A stretch of DNA of 64,000 nucleotides, taken from the NCBI RefSeq assembly GCF_036365525.1, contig NC_090417.1, positions 8,945,850-9,009,849 of the forward strand, written 5' to 3'. The translations under genes were made by a program, and so were the position numbers. Shown piece after piece: positions 34,801 to 64,000 of this stretch (within the stretch, counting starts at the first letter, position 1; each line of letters opens with the position of its first letter). This DNA comes from Heterodontus francisci (Eukaryota). The notes under the pieces were generated by a model. That model was not told where the DNA came from, did not search any database, and saw only the letters and a program-made list of their open reading frames with translations.

Positions 34801-37800
34801 CAGCAGGTTTGCTGCTGTGTGGCACTTCTGACTGGCCGTAGTATGTTTGCAACTTCAATCAGCTGTAGAGTTAAAATGACGGCTGGTGAGATTCCAGTGG
34901 GAATGGAGCAATAAGTTGATTTTTCCCAATTTTAGCAAGATGGTTGGGTTGAAATCAGGGCCTGAGTGTTTGAGCTAAAGCACATGTCTCCTGTTTGTTC
35001 AAAGGTATCACTAAAGTGTGTTAGCATTCGGATATTAGTGTATTTTTGACGACATTCCCAAAATCCCTTTTAAGTCTGAATGAAGGTAATTTTAACTTTA
35101 GACAAGAGTGCAAAATGCACAATATTGGCTTGAACACCCATTAAACACCTCCTAACTGACTTCATTGAGATCAAAAAATGGCAAAGCTGTTGAACAGGTG
35201 TCTGAACCAATACTGTGTTGTCTAAAGTCAAAATTACTCAATCAATTTAACACATGTTAATGCACGTACCAAGTATTAACGTTTTATTTGGTTTGTTAAG
35301 GACAAATTAGAGGTAAACATGCAGATGTCAAGAAAGGAGCAAGAAACAAAGCAGAAAGATTCAGGGAAACTGGGTCTGGCAGACCCGGAATTCTAGCTAA
35401 GTATGTGGACTCCTCACCTCCTTGAATTCCTGAATTTGGGACTGTTCAAACATGGAGAAGACGTTGGATGAGCTTCGTTGATTGTGTTTGGATGAAGCTT
35501 TCCCTCTAGCTGCTTTCCTGCTTGCCTACAAAGCAAAAGAGACAAAGCAATGGGAGAGAAGCCACTGCATCAAAAAGCAGGAAACACAAATCCAGGTACA
35601 CCGTCATAGTCACTTTGTCAGGCAATATGGTATAAATCACTGGGAAGCTCAATGTTTTACGAGAAGAAAAATCAGAATATATTATTAAAGATAATAATGG
35701 CAAAGTGATTAATATCAGTTCTATCTTCTGCTGTTTCAATTGAAATAAAAAAAACTTGGCACATCCAACCCTCTCCTTCTTCACCCATGTACAATTCACT
35801 GGACCACAGACTCTCCCCACTCTCTAAAATCCCAAGAGAAAGCTCTGCATAGATATCAAGTAAAACAACAGAACATCCAGACCTCCACTTTTCCACTATG
35901 TAACCATGGTCTACTGTCCTCCATAGCCAACCTCCCCTCACCAGCAGTACAGGAACAATAAGGCTGTTGGATATCTTTTCACTGCTGTTTTTTGTCCCAA
36001 CATGCATTACAATACTATAATAAAAGCAAAATCCTGCAGAAGCTGGAAATATCTGCATTAAGATCTATCTGTCATTCCTTAGTCCATCTGGTTAGTTTGT
36101 TCAGGTAGTTCCAAATGTCATCTCTCTTATATCTGACAACTGCTCATAGAGCTTGGTATAATTACCAAACATTCCTCTTTCATTCACTTAAGTTTGGTAT
36201 CAGAAGACCTGCATGTTTGCATTATCAACATATAACTCCAGGTCAATATCTGTAACTCACTATCAGTCTTTGTTATCCTGCATGCAACTCTGCCAACCCA
36301 CTCTGATCCTGTCTGTAAATTACAGACAGTCCTCTGTATTCTATGAAAACCAACAATCTCAGCAGTATTGAGAACATGACATTTGCAAACCTGACATCAT
36401 CCAAAGCCCTGCACTAAATTATGATTTGATATTCAATCCCAGGCATCTATGTTTTGTATAATATTAATTTATTTCCAATGGAAGTTCTTATGCACAACTT
36501 TCTGTCTGCGTCTCACACGTGTTCTATTCTTCTGAGTGGAAATATGGTGCTAACATTGTATGTGAAGAAGTTCTCAACAACTACGAAAGGAAGAACATAT
36601 ATATTTCAATATTTTAAAACTGTCAAACAAATAATCCCACAGCTTTGTTCTTAAAACTCATATGAAGTATCTATTTCAGTTTAAGATATAAATAAGATAT
36701 TGCAATCCACTAGACAATACAAATGATCCAACTCTCAAGACAAAGTATGATCACAACTTGTATTTACATAGCACTTTCAAGTAGTAAAACACGCCAAGAT
36801 GCTTCACAGGAGCATTATGAAGCCAAGTTTGACACCGAGTCACAAAAGGGGACATTATGATAGATAACCTTACACTTGGTCCAAGAGTTGGGTTTTAAGG
36901 AGAGTCTTAAAGAAGGAGAGAGAGATGGAGAGACCGAGAGGTCTTGTGGGGGAATTCCAGAGCCGAGGACACAGGCATGAAGACATGCCACCAATGGTGA
37001 AGCGATTAAAATCAGCTCTGCACAGAGGGCAGAATTGAAGGAGCACACTGATCTTGGGCTGGAGCAGACAAATACATTTTTTGAAAGGGAGTGAATGCAT
37101 CACAAGGATTCGGTGCAGCCTCCACTTCCCTTCCCAAAAGCCACCAGTGTTAAGTTTTGACAAGTCTACAGACTAACAGGGAAGACTCAGACAATCTCCT
37201 CCTCCCTCCCACTGGAGGCCATGGAGAGGTTAAGTAACTAAGCCTCAAAGTTATTAAATAAAAGAGGGCATTTAAAAATATAGATTGTGTCAATTAATAT
37301 GAAAGCTTTACTGTGTGCTTACAAAGCCCACTTTCCAGCAAACTTGAGGAGCACATAATCAACACATTGATAACAGTGATCAATGAAAACACAGTTCTGT
37401 CATTCCCATGGTCAAATGAAGGCAACGCAAAGGGATGCTTGCAGTAAATATTTGTAATAAGAAATAAGAGTGCATTAAGTTTCCAGGTAATTTACTGTAA
37501 AATATTTATCAATAGACTTGTAGTGATGACTTCAAAATTTCTAATCCTTCAATGTGAACACTTATACATTAACAACAGAGCAGGTACTAGCAGCCAATCC
37601 TGGGGCAGAATAAAGCCAAATTAAATCATGAACAAAATGTAAAGTTTGAATCTTTTAAAAAGCAATGGTCCTCTGAATTAATTAAGCTCAGTTATCTATT
37701 TAAACTGTCCTTGCAATTTGTGACATCACCCAAACTGATAATTGGCTGTCAGATAACTATTCCCAATAAATACCTTACTTCATGTAAATAAGGTGACAAA

Positions 37801-38116
37801 TAATACAATATTTTCATGTAAAAATATGAACAACTTTGTGCTAAATATTGATGAAAGCTTATTCAGCTTTTAACCTATTTGCTTCAATGAAGATCAAGTT
37901 TAGTTCATCAAAGTTAGAGTTGCACATTTGTGGAAAAATCTCATCGATACAGTAAGTGGCAGAAATAAATTATTGACAAAAGGGAAATCTGCTCAGTATG
38001 ATGGGATCTTTTGCAAAGGATTTAACCTTATTTGATCTTGACAATTTGTACCAAACTGAAAAAAACATGGACTAACACATATATAGTGCACAACAAAATA
38101 TTTTGTCACTTACCAT
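25785..38116 (-). CDS. MYL7: MYL7, cardiac/atrial myosin regulatory light chain; 7 coding exons, 174 aa
   Basis: [66 protein letters not shown]; ATG-only first coding exon; lies between GCK and POLD2 as in human. Confidence 0.97.
26641..26689 (-). CDS. MYL7: MYL7 exon 6 (49 bp)
   Basis: [16 protein letters not shown]. Confidence 0.95.
26795..27907 (-). mobile_element. Young 5'-truncated CR1 LINE
   Basis: Uninterrupted 274-aa ORF with [29 protein letters not shown] and an intact 3' UTR. Confidence 0.93.
28502..28580 (-). CDS. MYL7: MYL7 exon 5 (79 bp)
   Basis: [26 protein letters not shown]. Confidence 0.96.
28668..29075 (-). mobile_element. DeuSINE (SacSINE1-like)
   Basis: Reverse complement of 60965-61392; Deu-domain TGCTGAGGGAGTGCTGCACT..GGTGCCATCTTT. 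Confidence 0.75.
29265..29369 (-). CDS. MYL7: MYL7 exon 4 (105 bp)
   Basis: [34 protein letters not shown]. Confidence 0.96.
29667..29742 (-). CDS. MYL7: MYL7 exon 3 (76 bp), EF-hand loop [12 protein letters not shown]
   Basis: [26 protein letters not shown]. Confidence 0.96.
30882..33083 (+). mobile_element. CR1-group LINE, 5'-truncated, several stops and frameshifts
   Basis: [49 protein letters not shown]; tail ending CATCCCACAAACAAATAAAAAAA. Confidence 0.9.
33640..34170 (-). mobile_element. Old CR1 RT fragment
   Basis: [21 protein letters not shown]; LEY.IQFWS. Confidence 0.65.
35086..35237. mobile_element. Palindromic MITE (~150 bp)
   Basis: TIR GTAATTTTAACTTTAGACAA / TTGTCTAAAGTCAAAATTAC (19/20 match) plus inner inverted arms. 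Confidence 0.75.
35418..35525 (-). CDS. MYL7: MYL7 exon 2 (108 bp)
   Basis: [36 protein letters not shown]. Confidence 0.96.
36754..37065 (-). mobile_element. L2-like LINE 3' end
   Basis: [23 protein letters not shown] and tail GTGAAGCATCTTGG..GTGCTATGTAAATACAAGTTG. Confidence 0.65.
38114..38116 (-). CDS. MYL7: MYL7 exon 1 coding part (ATG only)
   Basis: AACATG|gtaagt, about 55 bp downstream of a TATA box. Confidence 0.85.
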
Positions 38117-38164
38117 GTTCTGTAGCTGGTGTTGGATAGAAATGCCGAGGTTGACCAAGTCGTG

Positions 38165-38310
38165 CCCGGCTTATTATAGCCCTCTTTATCTCCTTTGTTC
38201 CTAAAAACGGATACATTGAGGGATAGACCTTACATGGAAATATGCAACCCAGTGTCTGTCACAAGACTGTGATAAAACAAATTCCTACACTACAGTCCTG
38301 ATAATGTTAG
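38165..38310 (-). promoter_or_regulatory. MYL7 cardiac proximal promoter
   Basis: TATAATAA (minus 38171-38178); GATA sites AGATAA (minus 38186-38191), TGATAA 38270-38275 and 38299-38304; CArG-like CCTTACATGG 38228-38237. Confidence 0.75.
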
Positions 38311-39302
38311 GAGTAATGAACATTCCAGAGTAACATGAACGCTTTATGTCAACATTATTCATTTGGTACTCTATTCACATTCAACTGGGTTCCACTAACA
38401 GTGAAGAACCATTTAGTCGATATCCCTGTTAAACCAGTGTCAAACCAGTTCTCTGTGTCATTGGTGTCAATTTGAGTTGCCTTTGAGATCTTTCCTGTCC
38501 TGCAGGACATAGTGATCAATGTATTATAGCACAACAGGGACAACCAGCTTCAATCTTCCTCCCACTTTAACCCAGGTGCTTATGAGTCAAGTTTGTGGCT
38601 TCAAGCCATGCTTCAAGCCTTTGTGTCATAATTTAGGTTGAAAGCCCAGTGCAGTACTGAAGGAATGCTGCATTGTTGGAAATGTTACCTTCTGGATCAG
38701 ATGTTAAACTTCAATCCTATCTATTCAGGTGAACATTAAAGAACCTGTGGCACTATTTTACAAATCTGTATTATTTCCCCCCCTCACCACCTCCCCCACT
38801 ACATAAATGGTTATTTTAAAATTACTCTGAAAGTTCAAATTCCCAAGAGAGAATTGTAATAAAGCTTAGTACTTAAATAATATTTATTGTAAAGAATATC
38901 TTTATTTCTGTACTGTATTTTCAAATACATATTATATGCTGTCCTCCTGTCGGCAGTACAGCATCTCAATACCGTGCTGACATTTTGCTGCATTGCTCAC
39001 TGTAGCGGATGTTTTCATAGATAGGATTCCAGCCCATATTTAAACCAGCACAAATTCAGAGATATGAAGGGCAAGGTTAGGACAAGTATCAAGAAGGAAT
39101 TCTTTACACAGCATCAACAGCTGAAATGAGTTGTCAGGAACAACATTTGCGATCAGGACAGCACTCATTTAAGAATGGGCTCGATGCTGTAACAGAAGAT
39201 GATATGGTTAATATTCTAAATCACTGCTGCTGAATCAAGAACACGGTTTAAGAACAGAGGAATTGATGGACGACAAAAGACCAGGGACCACCTAGTTTGA
39301 GT

Positions 39303-40345
39303 AGAATCATAGAAAGTTTACGGCACAGAAAGAGGCCACTTGGCCCAGCGTGTCTGCGCCGGCCGAGAAGTGAGCCATCCAGCCTAATCCCACCTTCCAG
39401 AATTTAGTCCTTAGCCCTGCAGGTTTATGGTGTATATCCAGACACCTGTTACATGTGTTGAGGGTTTCTGCTTCGATTACCATTTCAGGCAGTGAGTTTA
39501 CAGTCGCTCAGTGACATCCTTGACCCTGGCATCAGGAAGGTAACACACCATCCTGGATTCACATCTGCGGCCACAGATATGCCTGCCTGTTCCCCTGACA
39601 TACGAACATACGAATTAGGAGCAGGAGTCGGCCACTCGGCCCCTCGAATCACCTATCACTATGGCTCTTCCAGTTTTCCTTGTACCCCAACATGCAGCAG
39701 AACCACCCGTGGTGGACTTGACTCTGGCTGCATTCCCCAGATGAACCATCACTCTCATCAGTACTGTTGGAGAGTGAGATGCACTCAGGGGTCTCCTGCA
39801 CTACCTGCCTGTTTCTTTTTCACTGCCTGGTGGTCACCCATTCCCTCTCTCCCTACATACACTTAAGCTGCGGGATGACAACATCTAAAAACATGCTATC
39901 CAAGTAGCTCTCATCCTCATGGATGCACCGGAGCATCGCCAGCTGCTGCTCAAGATCCGAAACCCAAAGCTCAAGCTGCTGCAACTGGCAACACTTGTTC
40001 CTTATTATTAATACTTTATTTTTTTCTCGTTTTTAGTCTGCCAATTGTTGAGATGCAGTCCCGAAAGTGCATTACTCACCAGCCAATCACCTACCTGCTT
40101 CCCTGTGATGTCACACCTTTTTTTTCTCTTTCCGAATGTGGGCTCTGACTGGTTCCAGGCGACAGCTGGTGCTGCTGGTCCCGCTGAACTCTCGCCTTCA
40201 TCCTCACTGTTTACAGCCCCGCTGGTTTCGCTGATTTCGCTGATTCGCACTGCTCCAACTGAACTCTCGCCTTCCTCCTCGCTGTTCATAGCCCTGCTGG
40301 TCTCGCTGATTTGTGCTGCTCTGAGATCCTGCTTTCGATCATCCT
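39303..40345 (-). mobile_element. CR1 pieces (3' end, ORF1-like region, 5' UTR-like region with a ~55-bp duplication)
   Basis: CR1 tail at 39303-39500; duplicated CTGAACTCTCGCCTTC.TCCTC.CTGTT at ~40184 and ~40259. Confidence 0.55.
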
Positions 40346-42459
40346 GGTAGTTGCATGATACAAGATCTGGAATTGTTGGCTAATAATGGCAATCAACCTC
40401 TATCAATTATTCGACAACAGACCCAGGCATGATGCAAAACCCCAATCACTGTCGCCTGCTTTATCATAGATTTGTTGCTGACAGTGTAAGAATAGGTAAC
40501 TTTCGCTTTTACTACCTGAGGCTTGCCAGTGACCTTTTTTTGTGATCACCCAGACAAGGGATTCTCCATTTTTCAAGTAGTGCAGGATGGCATCTGGAGA
40601 CAAACCAGATTAACCACAAATACAAAAATCCCACCAGAGGAAGAAATTAAATCAAATACAAATCACTTTATTTTAGTGATTATTTATTCTCACAGTAACA
40701 TTTATTTTTTGTACTTGACTCACCATCTATCTGCAGGTGATTCATACAGTCATCACAGTTATCAATCATAAGTTGTCTAAAAGCTATCATGAATTGCACA
40801 ATATTTACACTGTTTGGCTCTCATCGAACAGAGTGATAGAAGTATTACAGCACTTACAAAATACAGCAAGGAATGTTCTCATTTTCACTCTTCTGAGAAT
40901 TGTAATTACAAATGGTTTGCATAAAAAAGGATGAGAATGAAGAGTGGAACTGAACATGGTGACATTGTATATTAATGAGGCACTGATATTTCCACAGCAC
41001 AACTTATGTCTTCGCAACAAAGATCAGAATGATCCAACTTCACATAAACTCTTCATAAATTCGATCAAAATTGCTACTGCTTGAAAATTTTATATAAAAT
41101 GCTGTTTTTCTGCATTATTTTACACAAAGTACTGAGTTTTTGCAGCACAGATGGACTTCTTTTTAGAACAAATGAATTGTCCACTCACAGCTTCAGTCTA
41201 TGAATGCAAGAGGGTGATGAGTTCTGCAGCAAATTTCATTATAGTTGCTGTAAATTTAGGTTCCCAATATACAAACTGGGTGGTTTTATTTTATTAAAAA
41301 AAGGCAACAGATGAAACTCTCCTCCGAACAAAGGCGGTGGAGGGGTGCCACCACCCGGTAAACGGGACCTGGAACAAGCAGAGATCAGCAGCCGCCAGCC
41401 TCTCAATCCGGTGTCGGGGAGGAGGGTGGGTGGCGGTGGGGGGGCGTGGTGGTAAGTGAGTATCTTTTTTTTTAAAAAGCCAAGTCAGGATCTGGGGATC
41501 TTTACTGTGGAAATCATTGCCATCAATGCAAGTATGATTACAGCTTTCTATTCTCACATGACTTCAAATAGTTTACCTGGCTTTGATTCAGCTGAGGCTT
41601 TCAAGAAAATAAGTTAGGCTCCAGGGAAAAGAAGTTAATTCCAATGGTTCTTTTACCAATCAAATTCTTTGTAATATTGCAGTCCACAGAGTTTGTGTTT
41701 TATTTTATACAGAGATTAATAATCTGGTATTTCACTTGAAAATGAACACTTTAATACATTAATTCTATTCACAAGATTGATATTCTGCAGATTCCTACAT
41801 TGTAAAGGCCTGTAATCTCCAGACACCGATGTCACTCCAAAAAAAATCTAAGACAGCACTGATTAGCAGGTAGAGACCAGCAGCTTAAAACTTTCGCAAG
41901 TAATGAGAAAAAAAAAAGAACGATGAGAAGGTAAGAGGCAGTTGAAGGGACTGACCTGGATTCAATTAGCATGTATGAATCACTCAAACCTCTGGCACTA
42001 ATCTAACATGCATTGCACCCATTTCAGGAAGATACAAGAAAGAACACAGGTGATCTTCAACACAAATGCAGTCCTTCTTCATGCGAAGCTTTAGGTTGAT
42101 TAAAACATTGCGATGGACTAGGAGACACAGTGGGGTAGACATACATTGCCCAAAACACTAACCCTTGCCTCCGAATCTGGCAGGGCAGATATGAGAGCAG
42201 AGGAGTGAGTAACTTTTTGAAACAGATAGTTTCAAAGCAAGGGCTTGCATTTTCTACCTGTAACTTCTAACCAGTTTTTCACTGGGCATTAAGTGCTGTG
42301 CTTTAATCATAAGTGGATTGGCTAAAGTATTTTTACCAGTAATCCATTAGGAAGTCATTATTTTCAGCTCATCACAAAATACTGCAGAAATGGCAGAAGG
42401 GATTCTGCAGTTGTGGCTTAAATTTAGCTCAGTTACTGGTTTACAAGGTTACCGGTCAA

Positions 42460-61939
<19,480 letters not shown>

Positions 61940-62056
61940 CTATGAGGGAGCAAAGAACCGCACAACATTTGGAGGTTCAGTAAAGCATATTTTATATGTA
62001 TATATATGAAAGAGCATATGCTTCAGATGTAATGTAAACATGATACATGGATATGG

Positions 62057-62390
62057 AACAACAACTTGCATTTATAACAGTGCCTTTAATGTAGCAAAAT
62101 GTCCCAAGGCACTAAGTAAGGGCAATATCAATAGAAACATTTATGACACCAAGCCACAGAAGGGGATATCACGATAGATGACCAAAAGCTTGGTCAAAGA
62201 GGCAGGTTTTAAGGTGCATATTAAAAGAGAGGGAGAGAGGTTCAGGGAGAGAATTCCAGAGCTTAGGACTAAGACAGCTGAAAGCCTGTGCGGCAGTGGT
62301 GGAGCGAAATTATAATCGGGAATGCGCAAGAAACCAGAATTGGAGGAGGGCAGAGATCTCAAAAGCTTGTAGAACCTGAGAAATTTACAG
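62057..62390 (-). mobile_element. L2-like LINE 3' end
   Basis: Same family as 36754-37065. Confidence 0.65.
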
Positions 62391-62435
62391 CCATAAATCC
62401 ATTGAGGCTCTTTGTTAGTGCTCTTTAAAACTAAT

Positions 62436-64000
62436 CTTTTTTATTCGTTCATGGGATGTGGGCGTCGCTGGCTTGGCCAGCATTTATTGCCATCCCTAAT
62501 TGCCCTTGAGAAGGTGGCGGTGAGCTGCCTTCTTGAACCACTGCAGTCCTCGGGGTGTAGGTACACCAAGAGTGTTGTTTGGAAGGGGGTTCCAGAATTT
62601 TGACCCAGCAACAGTGAAGCAATGACAATATAGTTCCAAGTCACGATGGTGTGCGCGGATTGGAGAGAAACTTGCAGGTGGTGGTGTTCCCATGCATTTG
62701 CTGCCCTTGTCCTTCAAGATGGTAGAGGTCACAGGTTTGGAAGGTGCTGTCGAAGGAGTCTTGGTGAGTTGCTGCAGTGCATCTTGTAGACGGTACACAT
62801 TGCTGCCACTGTGTGTCGGTTGTGAAGGGAGTGATGTTGAAGGGAGTGGGTGGGATGATAATCAAGCGGGCTGCTTTGTCCGAGATGCTGTTGAGCTTCT
62901 TGAGAGTTATTGGAGCTGCACCCATCCGGGCAAGTGAAGAGTATTCCATCACACTCTTGACTTGTGCCTTGGATATGGTGGACAGAGTTTGGCGACACAG
63001 GAGGTGAGTTATTTGGCGCAGAATGCCTAGTCCCTGACCTGCTCTTGTAGCCATAACATTTATGTGGCTGGTCCAATTCAGATTCTGGTCAATGGTAACC
63101 GCCACAATGCTGGTAGTTGGGGATTCAGCCATTGAACATCAAGGGGAGATGGTTCGATTCGCTCTTGTTTGAGATGGTCATTGCCTGGCACTTGTGTGGC
63201 GCGAATGTTACTTGCCACTGATCAGCTTTATTGCGGAGGCGGTGGCATAGTGGTAATGTCACGAGACGAGTAATCCAGAGGCCCAGGCTAGTGCTCTGGG
63301 GACATGGGTTTGAATCCCACCATGGCAGATGGTGAAATTTGAATTGAATGAATAAATCTGGAATTTTAAAAAAAGCTAGTCTAATGGTGGCCATGAAACT
63401 ATTGTCAATTGTTGTAAAAAAAACCATCTGGTTCACTAATGTCCTTTAGGGAAGGAAATCTGCGATCCTTACCTGGTCTGGCCTCCATCTGACTCCAGAC
63501 CCACAGCAAGGTGGTTGACTCTTAACTGCCCCCTGAAATGGCTTAGCAAGCCACTCAGTTCAAGGGTAATTAGGGATGGGCAATAAGTGCTAGCCTCGCC
63601 AGCAACGCCTATATCCCATGAATGAATAAAAAAAAATGTCCAAGCCTGAATGTTGTCCCAAGTCTTGCTGCGTATGAACATGGACTCTTTTAGTATCTGA
63701 AGAGTTGGGAAGGGTGCTGAACATTGTGCAATCTGACTTCTGACCTTATGATGGAGGGAAGGTCATTGATAAAGCAGCTGAAGATGGTTGGGCCTTGGAC
63801 ACTGCACTGAGGAATTCTGGCAGTGATGTCCTGGGATTGAGATGATTGAACTCCAACAACCACAGCCATCTTACTTAGTGCTGGATATGACTCCAGCTAG
63901 CGGAGAGTTCTTCCTTTGATTCCCATTGACTGCAGTTTTGCTAGGGCTTCTTGATGCCATACTCGGTCAAATGCTGCCTTGATGTCAAGGGCAGTTACTC
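62436..64000 (-). mobile_element. CR1-group LINE (RT to 3' tail), interrupted by a SINE; runs off the window
   Basis: [46 protein letters not shown]; same family as 30882-33083. Confidence 0.9.
63235..63637 (+). mobile_element. tRNA-derived SINE sharing its 3' tail with the host LINE family
   Basis: A box TGGCATAGTGG, B box GGTTTGAATCC; tail CAAGGGTAATTAGGGATGGGCAATAA..CCAGCAACGCC..ATCCCATGAATGAATAAAAAA. Confidence 0.8.

Noticed and set aside
40008-40350. ORFs with an internal repeat (MNSEEEGESS...)
   Set aside because: Short duplication in a probable CR1 5' region; no splice or homology support
61940-64000. GCK exon 1 (liver or neuroendocrine type)
   Set aside because: Region is almost entirely L2, CR1 and SINE sequence; no convincing ATG exon with a phase-0 donor

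Overview
Vertebrate genomic DNA, very probably from a cartilaginous fish (shark), judging by HE1/V-SINE-like, SacSINE1/DeuSINE-like and CR1-rich repeats. The window holds three intron-containing genes on the minus strand, in the same order and orientation as human 7p13: GCK (glucokinase, exons 2-10; exon 1 not found and probably beyond 64000), MYL7 (complete, 7 coding exons, 174 aa) and POLD2 (complete, 10 coding exons, 470 aa). All introns I traced are GT-AG with consistent phases. The rest is a dense, often nested mosaic of CR1, RTE and L2 LINE fragments, SINEs, a Harbinger transposase relic with related MITEs, solo LTRs and Penelope-like elements, plus one 428-N gap. The best leads are (i) a Penelope-like element with a GIY-YIG relic and two inverted pseudo-LTRs, each carrying a minimal hammerhead ribozyme motif, plus a second hammerhead-bearing short repeat family; (ii) a glucokinase with intact catalytic residues but substitutions at normally conserved sites (G444D, R275C, E51K/E52T/H141D, human numbering); and (iii) a ~650-bp G-quadruplex-prone minisatellite just downstream of the first coding exon of POLD2. 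No database searches were run; family names and human comparisons come from recalled sequences and need confirmation.
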